From NCBI GenBank assembly GCA_964606485.1, contig CAZSGP010000002.1, positions 10,766 to 74,765 of the forward strand: a DNA stretch of 64,000 nucleotides, written 5' to 3'. Numbering within the stretch: the stretch's first letter is position 1; the number at the start of each line of letters is the position of its first letter. This stretch comes from an uncultured Planctomycetia bacterium (GTDB lineage: Bacteria; Omnitrophota; Gorgyraeia; 2-02-FULL-51-18). Shown here piece after piece: positions 19,649 to 28,897 of the stretch. The notes beneath the pieces were generated by a model, which was given only the letters and a program-made list of their open reading frames with translations, had not been told where the DNA came from and ran no database searches. Position numbers and translations under genes: made by a program.

Positions 19649-20429
19649 CGAGAGCCTTTGTGCTATTTTTGTGAAAGGAGATTTCGGGATTTCCAACAAG
19701 CTTGATCGATCCGCTCGCAACATCATAAATAGCCTTCTGGGATTTGCTGGTGTCGCCGCCGCGATCAATTTGAACATTTCCCATCGCGATAATTTTAGTG
19801 ATCTTCTTTTCTGCCGAATCAAAAAAAACATCCATGCGGTTCGACTTGAGTATTCCCTTGTCGTCAACCACCGTTACATTTCGGTAAAATATCATTTTAT
19901 TGTCTTTGTAAAAAATCTTCATCGGACCCTTACAAGTCAGGTCTGTGGTGGCGTTGATCTGCATGTGAATATCGCGATTGAGCTGAACATAACTATCCGC
20001 AGGCCTGCCGCTTGCTCCGGTTCCCTCGATGATTGCCGCCCGGTGCACCACATGCACCCGCGCTTCGGTGGTCAAAAGACCTTCTTTTGGATCCCACTTC
20101 ACATGGTCGGTTTTAACCGCTGTGCCGTCCCGCATTTTAAGCGTCACATTTTCTTCCAAGAACACGGTTTGACCGGGGTCAATTTTGGCGGTCTCGCCCT
20201 CTAAATTCCAAAACTTCTTTCCCTGCTCATCAAAACCTGTGAGGTTAAATTTCTGAAGTTCCTGGTCTCGGCTTGACTGCACGAGCGCCTGGCGCTCGGG
20301 GCTTTTTCTTAATTTTTCATTCTCTCTTTTTTCGCGCATCAGCGAAAATAAAGCTAGCGCCATAATCAACACACAAAGAGCTAGAAGCGCTGTCAGCATA
20401 CTCTGCTGTTGGAAAAATTTCTTAATCAC
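19629..20429 (-). CDS. lptC: Membrane-anchored OstA-like LPS transport protein (LptC family; the only LptC/LptA-like gene in the operon)
   Basis: 266 aa; N-terminal TM helix then OstA-like beta-jellyroll. Sits between kdsC and lptB as in canonical kdsD-kdsC-lptC-lptA-lptB operons. Confidence 0.7.
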   Translation of the reverse strand: MIKKFFQQQSMLTALLALCVLIMALALFSLMREKRENEKLRKSPERQALVQSSRDQELQKFNLTGFDEQGKKFWNLEGETAKIDPGQTVFLEENVTLKMRDGTAVKTDHVKWDPKEGLLTTEARVHVVHRAAIIEGTGASGRPADSYVQLNRDIHMQINATTDLTCKGPMKIFYKDNKMIFYRNVTVVDDKGILKSNRMDVFFDSAEKKITKIIAMGNVQIDRGGDTSKSQKAIYDVASGSIKLVGNPEISFHKNSTKALDVPFGS

Positions 20430-20955
20430 GGTAATACCTCTCTGTGGCTTCGTGCCATTTTTTCTGTGTCTTTAAAATGAGCTCTGCCACTTCCCTCACC
20501 GCTCCGCGCCCGCCTTTTTTAGCGGTGATGTAATGCGCAGCGTTTTTAACTTCTTCAACTGCATTTTGAACCGCTGCTGAAAATCCCGAATGCCGCATGG
20601 CCGCCAAATCAATCAGGTCATCTCCCATGAAACAAATTTCTGACAAGTCCACCTTAAACTTACTAGCCGCTTTCTGCAAGGCCTTCAGCTTGTCATCAAC
20701 CTTCTGATAAAGCTTGGTGATTTTAATTTCTTTGGCGCGGCACTCGTTGATGCGAGATTTTTTAGAGGTAATGATAATGACTTTAATGCCCACGCGGGCT
20801 AGCAACGCACACCCAAGGCCATCCTGAGAATCAAAAAACTTTAACTCATCTCCGAAGTTGCCGTACACCATCCGGCCGTCGGTGAGAACTCCGTCGACAT
20901 CGAGCGCCACGAGCTTAATTTTTTGGATTCTATCTTTTAATTCGTCGGACAACAT
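20422..20955 (-). CDS. kdsC: 3-deoxy-D-manno-octulosonate 8-phosphate phosphatase
   Basis: 177 aa HAD-IIIA; LVALDVDGVLTDG and GDDLIDL motifs. Confidence 0.9.
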   Translation of the reverse strand: MLSDELKDRIQKIKLVALDVDGVLTDGRMVYGNFGDELKFFDSQDGLGCALLARVGIKVIIITSKKSRINECRAKEIKITKLYQKVDDKLKALQKAASKFKVDLSEICFMGDDLIDLAAMRHSGFSAAVQNAVEEVKNAAHYITAKKGGRGAVREVAELILKTQKKWHEATERYYRD

Positions 20956-21921
20956 TTAAACGATTCCGGCTTTGAGTAAATCCTGCACATCCAGCAAACC
21001 AACCGGCTTTCCATTTTTGTCCACCACTGGAATTTCGTCGATTTTCTTCGAACGCAAAACTTCCAAGGCTTCAGCGGCCAGACGCTCTTCACCGATGGTG
21101 GTGGGGTTTTTCGTCATAACACTCCCCACTTTTAATTTGAGTACCGCTTCGCCACCCTCCAGCCTTCTTCTCAAGTCTCCGTCGGTGAATATCCCTTTAA
21201 GCTTGCCGTTCGCACCAACCACTGCTGCAGAACCAGCCTTTGCGCGCGTAATACAGATCAAAACTTCTTTGAGTGACACAGACTCTTTCACCACGGGATT
21301 AGAATCCCCCTTACGCATAATATCTTTTACGCGCAAAAAGAGTTTCTTTCCAAGACTTCCGCCGGGGTGATAAAACGCAAAGTCTTTTGGCTTAAACCCC
21401 TTTCGCTCGAGTAGCGCCACGGCAAGCGCATCCCCCATCGCAATCATGGCTGTGGTAGAAGCGGTGGGCGCTAGATTCATGGGACACGCTTCTTTCTTAA
21501 CGCTCACGTCAATCACGCAGTCGCTGTAACGCGCTAAGGGTGATTTGGAATCCCCAGTAAATGCGATGAGCTTTGCGCCAATTTTTTTAATCACAGGTAA
21601 AAATTTTAAAATTTCTTCGGTCTGACCGCTATTGGAGAGAGCCACCACAACATCGTCTTTCATGACGCGGCCCAAATCCCCGTGCGCCGCTTCCGCGGGG
21701 TGTAAAAACAAAGACGGCGTTCCGGTCGACGAGAGAGTTGCTGAAATTTTTTGGGCAATGAATCCGGGCTTACCCATTCCCGTCACCACCACACGACCCT
21801 TGGCTTTTAAAATAATCTGGCAGGCTTGTTCAAAACTTTTACCGATGCGCGGGAGCAGGCTATTTAAAGCCGCCGCTTCAATTCCAATGACTTGCTTAGC
21901 GATCTTAATCGACACGTACAA
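20956..21921 (-). CDS. kdsD: Arabinose-5-phosphate isomerase (SIS + tandem CBS)
   Basis: 321 aa; SIS domain GRVVVTGMGK..., two C-terminal CBS domains. Confidence 0.9.
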   Translation of the reverse strand: MYVSIKIAKQVIGIEAAALNSLLPRIGKSFEQACQIILKAKGRVVVTGMGKPGFIAQKISATLSSTGTPSLFLHPAEAAHGDLGRVMKDDVVVALSNSGQTEEILKFLPVIKKIGAKLIAFTGDSKSPLARYSDCVIDVSVKKEACPMNLAPTASTTAMIAMGDALAVALLERKGFKPKDFAFYHPGGSLGKKLFLRVKDIMRKGDSNPVVKESVSLKEVLICITRAKAGSAAVVGANGKLKGIFTDGDLRRRLEGGEAVLKLKVGSVMTKNPTTIGEERLAAEALEVLRSKKIDEIPVVDKNGKPVGLLDVQDLLKAGIV

Positions 21922-22729
21922 CCTTGCTGAGTTTGAGCAGTCTCTCTAAAAGTTTTTCGAGATCGCTGAGTTTCACCATATTCGGACCATCACTCGGCGC
22001 TTTGTCGGGATTTTCGTGCACTTCCATGAATACTCCATCAGCTCCGGCAACCACACCACACTGGGCCAATGTCGGCACAAACTTTCTTTCACCACCCGAA
22101 CTAGCGCCTCGTCCACCTGGCTGCTGAACGGAGTGCGTGGCATCCATGACCACCGGGTAACCAAAACTTTTCATAATCGGAATAGCGCGAAAGTCGCTCA
22201 CCAGAGTGTTGTAGCCAAAACTGGTGCCGCGTTCAGTCAGAAGAATTTTGCGACTTCCGGCAGATTCAATTTTTTTAACCACATGCTCCATATCCCAAGG
22301 AGCTAAGAACTGTCCTTTTTTAACATTCACAATTTTTCCGGTTTTAGCTGCGGCAACGAGCAGATCGGTCTGGCGACAGAGAAATGCCGGGATCTGCAAC
22401 ACGTCCACCGTTTCTCCTGCGATGCGCGCTTCTTCAGCAGAATGCACGTCGGTTAATAGCGGCAAACCGGTTTCACTTCTCACCGCTTCCAAGATGCTCA
22501 ATCCTTTTTCAATCCCAAGCCCACGAAACGAGGACGAAGAACTGCGATTGGCCTTATCGTAACTTGACTTGTAAATGAGTGGGACATTTAATCGCTTGGT
22601 AATTTTTTGAATGGCCTTGGCGTGCTTGAGCGCACTCGCATGGTTTTCAACGACGCAAGGACCGGCGATTAAAAAAAGGCTCTCGCCTGATCCCATTTGA
22701 ATTTTTCCTAAAGCCACGCGATGGGCCAT
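21905..22729 (-). CDS. kdsA: 2-dehydro-3-deoxyphosphooctonate aldolase (Kdo-8-P synthase)
   Basis: 274 aa; LFLIAGPCVVEN and DAKS family motifs. Confidence 0.92.
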   Translation of the reverse strand: MAHRVALGKIQMGSGESLFLIAGPCVVENHASALKHAKAIQKITKRLNVPLIYKSSYDKANRSSSSSFRGLGIEKGLSILEAVRSETGLPLLTDVHSAEEARIAGETVDVLQIPAFLCRQTDLLVAAAKTGKIVNVKKGQFLAPWDMEHVVKKIESAGSRKILLTERGTSFGYNTLVSDFRAIPIMKSFGYPVVMDATHSVQQPGGRGASSGGERKFVPTLAQCGVVAGADGVFMEVHENPDKAPSDGPNMVKLSDLEKLLERLLKLSKVVRVD

Positions 22730-22732
22730 GGA

Positions 22733-24346
22733 TCAATTAACCTTATTGGCTAATGCGGCTTTGATGAACTCACGAAACAGCGGATGAGCCTGGTCAGGCT
22801 TCGATTTGAATTCCGGATGAAATTGGCAGCCCACAAACCAAGGATGGTCGACGAGTTCAATAATTTCAACTAAACGTCCATTGGGACTTGTCCCTGAAAC
22901 CACGAGACCGTTCGTTTCCATTTTCACTTTGTACTTATTATTAAATTCATACCGGTGGCGGTGACGCTCCTGGATAGAATCTTTTCCGTAAGCCTTTTGA
23001 GCTTTGGTTTGTTTTTTGAGTGAGCACGGATAAGAACCCAAGCGCATCGTGCCACCCAAATCCTGAACCCTCTTCTGCTCCTCTAGGAGGCTGATCACTG
23101 GGAACGGAGTCGTTTTATTAAACTCGGTGGAATTCGCACGGCTCATACCGCAGACATTGCGCGCAAATTCGATCACCGCACATTGCATGCCTAAGCAAAT
23201 TCCAAAATACGGGATTTTATTTTCCCGCACAAACTTGATGGCTTTAATTTTTCCCTCAATGCCGCGGTCTCCAAACCCGCCAGGAACGAGCACGCCGTGT
23301 ACGTCTTTTAAGAATTTTTCAGGCCCATGCGCCATCACTTCTTCGGCGTCAATTTTTTTTACAATCACTTTCGCGTCATTCGAAACGCCGCCGTGCTTGA
23401 GCGCTTCGTAAACGGACTTGTACGCATCCTGAAGCTCGATGTATTTGCCGACGAAACCGATCGTCACTTCCTTGGAGGGGTTTATAACCCGGTCCACCAC
23501 ATTAACTTTCCAATTTTTTAGTTTCGCTTCACCGTCATCACAGTTTAAGCGCAAAAGGCGAATGAGGATGGTGTCGAGCCCCTCCTCTTTGAGCGCTAAA
23601 GGCACTTCATAAATTTCCTGCACGTCGAGCGCCTGAATCACCTGATCGACCTCAACATTGCAAAACAAAGCGATCTTTTGACGCACTTCTTTCGATAACC
23701 GCTTTTCTGTGCGGCACATTAAAATATCGGGCTGAATACCAATCTCACGCATCTCGGCAACACTGTGCTGAGTAGGTTTTGTTTTGATTTCGTCCGCCAC
23801 GCGGATAAATGGAATCAAGGTTAAATGCACGTTGAGCGCATTTTCTTTACCGATGTCCTGACGGAACTGGCGAATGGCTTCCAAAAACGGGAGACTTTCG
23901 ATATCGCCAACGGTGCCACCGATTTCACAGATCACCACATCCACCGATTTATCTTTAGAGACATTTTTGATAGCGGCCTTGATTTCATCCGTGATATGCG
24001 GAACCACCTGCACGGTCGCGCCCAAATAATCTCCGTGGCGCTCCTTGGTGATCACCGAGTGATAAATTTTTCCGGTCGTGATGTTGCTGACTTTCGAAAT
24101 GTCGCTATTCGTGAAGCGTTCGTAGTGTCCCAAGTCGAGATCCGTCTCGGCGCCATCTTCAGTGACATACACTTCGCCGTGCTGGTAAGGACTCATCGTT
24201 CCCGGGTCCACGTTCAGGTAGGGATCGCATTTCATCATAATGACGCGAAGCCCCTTAGACTCTAAAATTTTTCCAATCGAGGCGGAAACAATTCCTTTTC
24301 CTAAGCTTGAAACCACGCCACCCGTAACAAAAATATATTTAGGCAT
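22733..24346 (-). CDS. pyrG: CTP synthase (start trimmed to [18 protein letters not shown])
   Basis: Synthetase domain plus C-terminal class I glutamine amidotransferase (GICLGMQ, HPEF). Confidence 0.95.
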   Translation of the reverse strand: MPKYIFVTGGVVSSLGKGIVSASIGKILESKGLRVIMMKCDPYLNVDPGTMSPYQHGEVYVTEDGAETDLDLGHYERFTNSDISKVSNITTGKIYHSVITKERHGDYLGATVQVVPHITDEIKAAIKNVSKDKSVDVVICEIGGTVGDIESLPFLEAIRQFRQDIGKENALNVHLTLIPFIRVADEIKTKPTQHSVAEMREIGIQPDILMCRTEKRLSKEVRQKIALFCNVEVDQVIQALDVQEIYEVPLALKEEGLDTILIRLLRLNCDDGEAKLKNWKVNVVDRVINPSKEVTIGFVGKYIELQDAYKSVYEALKHGGVSNDAKVIVKKIDAEEVMAHGPEKFLKDVHGVLVPGGFGDRGIEGKIKAIKFVRENKIPYFGICLGMQCAVIEFARNVCGMSRANSTEFNKTTPFPVISLLEEQKRVQDLGGTMRLGSYPCSLKKQTKAQKAYGKDSIQERHRHRYEFNNKYKVKMETNGLVVSGTSPNGRLVEIIELVDHPWFVGCQFHPEFKSKPDQAHPLFREFIKAALANKVN

Positions 24347-25079
24347 TTTCTTCCTTTTGAAATAGTGCACGCGCCAATTCTAAATCCTGAGGAGTGTCCA
24401 CGCCGACGGTCTCAAAAACGGTTTCGATCGCTTTGATCTTGTACCCGTGTTCGATGGCCCTCAATTGTTCCAGACGCTCATTTTTTTCAAGATAAGACGG
24501 CGGTAATTTTTTGAAGGTGAATAAAAAATCCTTGTTGAACGCATAAATCCCGATGTGCTTGTAAAAAAAATGTTCATTGAGTGATGGATTGAGAAGTGTT
24601 GGAATTGGCGAGCGTGAAAAATAAATCGCAAAATTTTTCTCGTTTACGATCGCTTTCACCACATCCGGACTGCGAAATTCTTCGATGGAGTAGCTTTTCT
24701 TCACGACCGTCGCCATGGATACTTCAGGGTCGTCTTGCATGGCTCGCACCAAATCATCGATCACCATCGGGTTGATCAGCGGTTCGTCGCCTTGGATATT
24801 CACAACAATCTTCACATCAATCCCATTCACCACCTCGGTGAGCCGGTCAGTCCCCGTGGTGTGGGACTTAGAGGTAAAAATAGCCTTGCCGCCGAATTTT
24901 TCGACCGCCTTAATAATACGGTCATCATCAGCTGCCACAATTAAATCATCGAGCATCTTCGCTTTTTTAGCGCGCTCGTAAACGTGCTGAATCACCGGTT
25001 TCCCGCACAAATCTTTCAGCACTTTCCCTTCAAAGCGCGTCGATCCAAAACGCGCCGGGATTACTCCAATGGTTTCCAT
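24339..25079 (-). CDS. kdsB: 3-deoxy-manno-octulosonate cytidylyltransferase (CMP-Kdo synthetase)
   Basis: 246 aa; [16 protein letters not shown] and NIQGDEP motifs. Confidence 0.92.
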   Translation of the reverse strand: METIGVIPARFGSTRFEGKVLKDLCGKPVIQHVYERAKKAKMLDDLIVAADDDRIIKAVEKFGGKAIFTSKSHTTGTDRLTEVVNGIDVKIVVNIQGDEPLINPMVIDDLVRAMQDDPEVSMATVVKKSYSIEEFRSPDVVKAIVNEKNFAIYFSRSPIPTLLNPSLNEHFFYKHIGIYAFNKDFLFTFKKLPPSYLEKNERLEQLRAIEHGYKIKAIETVFETVGVDTPQDLELARALFQKEENA

Positions 25080-25083
25080 AAAT

Positions 25084-26079
25084 TTAACCGTAAACCTTTT
25101 TAATGTGATTCAACACTTCGTCGGGCGTAACCACAGCCACCCCGACTTTGCCCACCACCACTCCGGCCGCACAGTTGGAGATGTGTGCCGCTTCAGCAGC
25201 AGTCGCCTTGCAAGCGCGCGCCAGCGTGTAGGTGGCAATCACCGTATCGCCCGCACCGGACACGTCAAACACGTCTTGGGCCACGGTGTCGATTTTAATA
25301 GTTTTCTTACCCTTCTCAAAAAGGCTCATGCCATTTTCGCCGAGCGTCACAAGGGCTGTCTCGCAGTTTAATTTTTCTAAAAGTTTCCGTCCGGCTTTCT
25401 CGAGCGTAGCCGCATCTTTAATTTCAAAACCCACCGCCGCACCCGCTTCATGATGGTTAGGTGTAATCGTCGTAACCCCACGGTAGTAATTAAAATGCTC
25501 TTCTTTGGGATCAACCGTAATAATTTTTTTGCTTTTTTTAGCGGCTCGGACAATCGCCTGAACAAGGGTCGGCGCAATCACACCTTTTCCGTAATCTTCA
25601 ATGATCACGGCATCCACTTCCGCTAAATGGTCCATGATAAACGATTTAATTTTTCCGGACACCGCTTCGGGCAGAGGACGCACAATTTCACGGTCAATGC
25701 GCACCACTTGTTGGTGATGGGCAATCACGCGAGTTTTTTGAATAGTGGGGCGCTGGGCGTCGGTAAAAATCCCCTCACAGTGAACGCCTTTGTTCTTTAA
25801 GAGATTGGTGAGAATTTCGCCGCGGGAATCATCCCCCACCACTCCGGCTAAATACACTTCGCCCCCCAGAGAGCGAATGTTATTGGCTACGTTGGATGCG
25901 CCACCCGGCATAAAGTTTTCGTGGTCAACCCAAACGACCGGAACGGGTGCCTCAGGCGAAATGCGTGAGACTTTTCCCCAGATAAACTCGTCTAAGATGA
26001 GATCGCCGACAACCAGGACTTTCGCTTTGTGAAAGCTAGAAAGAATGTTACGAGTGCGTGGAAAATTAAGTGTATTCAT
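25084..26079 (-). CDS. hldA: D-glycero-beta-D-manno-heptose-7-phosphate kinase (stand-alone RfaE domain I / HldA; no adenylyltransferase domain)
   Basis: 331 aa ribokinase/PfkB fold; KVLVVGDLILDEFIWGKVSRISPEAPVPVV matches the HldE N-terminal kinase domain; ends after the kinase GAGDT motif. Confidence 0.85.
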   Translation of the reverse strand: MNTLNFPRTRNILSSFHKAKVLVVGDLILDEFIWGKVSRISPEAPVPVVWVDHENFMPGGASNVANNIRSLGGEVYLAGVVGDDSRGEILTNLLKNKGVHCEGIFTDAQRPTIQKTRVIAHHQQVVRIDREIVRPLPEAVSGKIKSFIMDHLAEVDAVIIEDYGKGVIAPTLVQAIVRAAKKSKKIITVDPKEEHFNYYRGVTTITPNHHEAGAAVGFEIKDAATLEKAGRKLLEKLNCETALVTLGENGMSLFEKGKKTIKIDTVAQDVFDVSGAGDTVIATYTLARACKATAAEAAHISNCAAGVVVGKVGVAVVTPDEVLNHIKKVYG

Positions 26080-26091
26080 TGAGAACGACGC

Positions 26092-26122
26092 ATTCTAACA
26101 CCGGGTGTTTCAGGGTGTCAAT
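26092..26122 (-). promoter_or_regulatory. Sigma70-type promoter (TTGACA-18-TAGAAT) for the hldA-kdsB-pyrG-kdsACD-lptCB operon, with the 13-bp palindrome AACACC-C-GGTGTT (26097-26109) in its spacer; near-leaderless hldA mRNA
   Basis: Hexamers, spacing and a perfect 6-1-6 inverted repeat read directly from the 51-bp gap. Only about 12 nt separate the -10 from the hldA ATG. Confidence 0.55.
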
Positions 26123-26130
26123 CGAAACCC

Positions 26131-26910
26131 CTAAAAATCACTCTTCATCACGCCTTGGACCGGTCCAAAAGGGGTCTTCAGCGTAATCCAAATTGGTTGT
26201 CGCTTGGCGTCGGCGCTAAAATAAACATCGGCCCGGCCGCGACTGGCTAAAATTCCTTTGAGCTTGGTCTTGGGTTCCACCCGAATCACGGCAAACTCGC
26301 CGTGTTTGCGGATTTCCCGAATCTGGGTTTCGTGCACATTGAGCTCCACGTCCCATAATTTTTCATCGGAGGCTACCAGCAAATGAAACTGGTCACCCGC
26401 TTGAACATTTTGCCGACGAAACCAAAAAAAAGCACTGATCAAGTCGTGTGCGTCGGCAGGGATAGAAATTTCTTTTTTAGACCCGTTCGTCACAGACTCA
26501 TAAAACGCTTTTCCAGCTGCTCGATCATAAATCATTTTTTCGTGCGCTTGGTACCGCCCCTCTTGAATATTTTTTTCAAACCGAATGGGTAAAAACGTTT
26601 TAGCATCCAGATAGCTATGAATTTCGTCTCTCACGAAACAAAACTTAGATAAAAATTCATTCGACCCCGCAACGGCAATCACATGAAACGCCTCTACCCC
26701 GTCCATCACTGTTTTTTCTTTAACTTCGAGGGTTCCAAATCCTATAGGAACGCCCATCCAGGAAACATCGAAGATTATTTTCTCGCCGACCGTAAGCGTT
26801 TGAAGAGCAGGCTCAATGACAACGGTCTGGCTTTTTTTCGCAGAAACGGCGTTAGCGGCACATGTTTGCACACAAAGGAAGATCAATATGAGCGCTATTT
26901 TATTTTTCAT
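26131..26910 (-). CDS. Secreted DUF3108-like protein (Sec signal peptide MKNKIALILIFLCVQTCAANA)
   Basis: 259 aa; signal peptide; my recollection of DUF3108 family length and composition; 11-nt overlap with the upstream GT9 gene implies co-transcription. Confidence 0.5.
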   Translation of the reverse strand: MKNKIALILIFLCVQTCAANAVSAKKSQTVVIEPALQTLTVGEKIIFDVSWMGVPIGFGTLEVKEKTVMDGVEAFHVIAVAGSNEFLSKFCFVRDEIHSYLDAKTFLPIRFEKNIQEGRYQAHEKMIYDRAAGKAFYESVTNGSKKEISIPADAHDLISAFFWFRRQNVQAGDQFHLLVASDEKLWDVELNVHETQIREIRKHGEFAVIRVEPKTKLKGILASRGRADVYFSADAKRQPIWITLKTPFGPVQGVMKSDF

Positions 26911-28897
26911 GCTTGTCTGAGCCCAGCATCTCTTTTAATTTTACAAATACTTGATCCACGCCAACCTGCTTCAAACACTCAAACTGAATCGTACAGGCAT
27001 GCGCTAAACACACGACGCATCCGGGATTTTTCTGAATCGTCTCATGTCCGCTTCCGAGTGCCTTCCAGCGAGCCTGACTTAAGCCCGCTTGATTGCGGCC
27101 AAAGATGGTCAGCGTAGGCGTACCGACAGCTGCCGCCACATGCACCGGCCCCGAATCGTTGGACACCAAGAGCCGACTTTCTTTTAAAATTGCTGAAAGT
27201 TCAGGGAGAGACAATTTTCCGGTCAAATCCTGAACAAAATCGCCCAAACTCTCTTTTAAGTGTAGGCCGATTTGAATCTCCTCTGAACCTCCCACCAAAA
27301 TAACAGGCCCCACATTTTCTCGTTTCATTTTTTGACACAGTTCTAAAAATTTTTCCTGCGGCCAGCGTTTAGAGGGACAGCTAGCGCCGGCGTGAATTGC
27401 AATTGGCGAATGCAGTAGCTTAAATTTCTGAATTATATTTTCTCGATCCGCCTGATAAACAATCAAGCGGGGATTCTCTTTAGACTCCTCGACTCCAAAT
27501 GCCCGGACAATTTCAAGTGTGTAGTCAGACTCGTGCTTCTGACCTTCGCTGCGCACATCCTTTACTTTCTGGGTCAAAAGCCATGGCAAATGAGAATCAA
27601 ATCCAATCCGGTATGGAATGCCCGCTAAAAATGGGACTAGATGCGCGCGCGTGCTTGGATGCAGCAGAAACGCCACATCAAAATTGCGGTTTGCTATTTC
27701 CTTTAGAATATTCCGCGCACCCTTCCACCCTGAGTGCCGGCCACCTTTCTCGTAAAAATATGGCAAAACATTATCCACATCGGGACAACGTTCAAAAATC
27801 TCACGAACCGCGGCACGACAGAGAACCGAAATCGAAGCATTCGGAAAACGCCGGCGGATCGCGGAGAGGGCCGGAAAAGACAACACCGCGTCCCCCATGC
27901 GGTCAAGCCGCACCACCAGCACTTTGAAATTCTTTTTTAGACTGGATTCATTTAAAATTTCATCGGCACGTCGGTAAACAAGATCGGGACTCAACTCCTT
28001 CAGACACTCTTGCTTAAACCGGCACTGCGCCTTCTCACAAGGCGAACAAAAAACCCCCGAACGAAGCGCTGCGCTCAAGACCCCCTTAGGTCCGTATCGG
28101 CGCGGATCGGTCGGACCAAAAATCCCGATCACCGGAATTTCAAGCGCGTCGGCAATATGGAGCGGCGCGCTATCATTCGTGATCACGAGATTCGACGCTT
28201 GGATTAGACCCGCTAATTCTTCAAACTGAGTTTGCCCACAAAAATTATGCACCGACGCGCGCATCAAATTCTTCACCTTTAACGCATCGTCAATATCCGT
28301 CTTATCCCCGATCAATCCGATCTTTACTCCCTTTTCAAACGCCAGGCGGTCGAGCAGAGCCGCAAAATGCTCGGCGGGCCATTTTTTTGTATCACTCTTA
28401 GATCCAACGGCTGCCAAAACCAAACCCGTGACACTCGACTGATTTAAAAATGCGTCGTAACTCGCATCTAATTTGGCCTTGCGCGAAAGCCAAGCTGCGG
28501 AACCCGCAATCGATGATTCTACAGAACAAATCCCTCTGAGGGCTGACAAGTGCCGCAAAGAACGAAGACTGCGTTTCGAGCAATATGAAAAATACGAATT
28601 CCGCTTCCGCGCTCCACCCAGCAAACCAAACAAGGAGTGGCGAAGGTCAATAATCAGATCGTAACGTCGTTTTCTGATTTCAAAAAGTATGTTTATTTTT
28701 TCAGAAAGCGGCGCACGCTTGTTAAAAATTTCAAGGCGATGAATCCGGGAATCATTTTCAAAAACGCATTTTGCGGAACTCCCAACAATCACATCAATTT
28801 GGGCATTAGGAAAAGATTCGTAAAGGGCGCGAAAAACCGGGAGCGTCAAGACCACGTCTCCCAGATTGGAAAGTGTGATAACTAAAATTTTTTTCAT
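26900..28897 (-). CDS. Tandem double glycosyltransferase family 9 protein (two heptosyltransferase-like domains fused, boundary near nt 27934)
   Basis: 665 aa; MKKILVITLSNLGDVVLTLPV... at the N-terminus and a second ...KNFKVLVVRLDRMGDAVLSFPAL... GT9 start at about aa 322; both halves end with GT9 C-terminal ...ND(S)(G/A)P(L/V)H(I/V)A(D/A)A motifs. Confidence 0.8.
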   Translation of the reverse strand: MKKILVITLSNLGDVVLTLPVFRALYESFPNAQIDVIVGSSAKCVFENDSRIHRLEIFNKRAPLSEKINILFEIRKRRYDLIIDLRHSLFGLLGGARKRNSYFSYCSKRSLRSLRHLSALRGICSVESSIAGSAAWLSRKAKLDASYDAFLNQSSVTGLVLAAVGSKSDTKKWPAEHFAALLDRLAFEKGVKIGLIGDKTDIDDALKVKNLMRASVHNFCGQTQFEELAGLIQASNLVITNDSAPLHIADALEIPVIGIFGPTDPRRYGPKGVLSAALRSGVFCSPCEKAQCRFKQECLKELSPDLVYRRADEILNESSLKKNFKVLVVRLDRMGDAVLSFPALSAIRRRFPNASISVLCRAAVREIFERCPDVDNVLPYFYEKGGRHSGWKGARNILKEIANRNFDVAFLLHPSTRAHLVPFLAGIPYRIGFDSHLPWLLTQKVKDVRSEGQKHESDYTLEIVRAFGVEESKENPRLIVYQADRENIIQKFKLLHSPIAIHAGASCPSKRWPQEKFLELCQKMKRENVGPVILVGGSEEIQIGLHLKESLGDFVQDLTGKLSLPELSAILKESRLLVSNDSGPVHVAAAVGTPTLTIFGRNQAGLSQARWKALGSGHETIQKNPGCVVCLAHACTIQFECLKQVGVDQVFVKLKEMLGSDKHEK

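Noticed and set aside
18926-19867. Long 5' extensions of several ORFs in the six-frame track (lptB to 19867, clpP to 17372, nusA to 5854, proS to 7756, pyrG to 24370, purA to 13849, hpf to 18884, alr to 50622)
   Set aside because: The extensions overlap the preceding gene in another frame and lack homology. Conserved N-terminal motifs ([63 protein letters not shown] with AGGAGG SD) begin at internal Met codons, which I used as starts.
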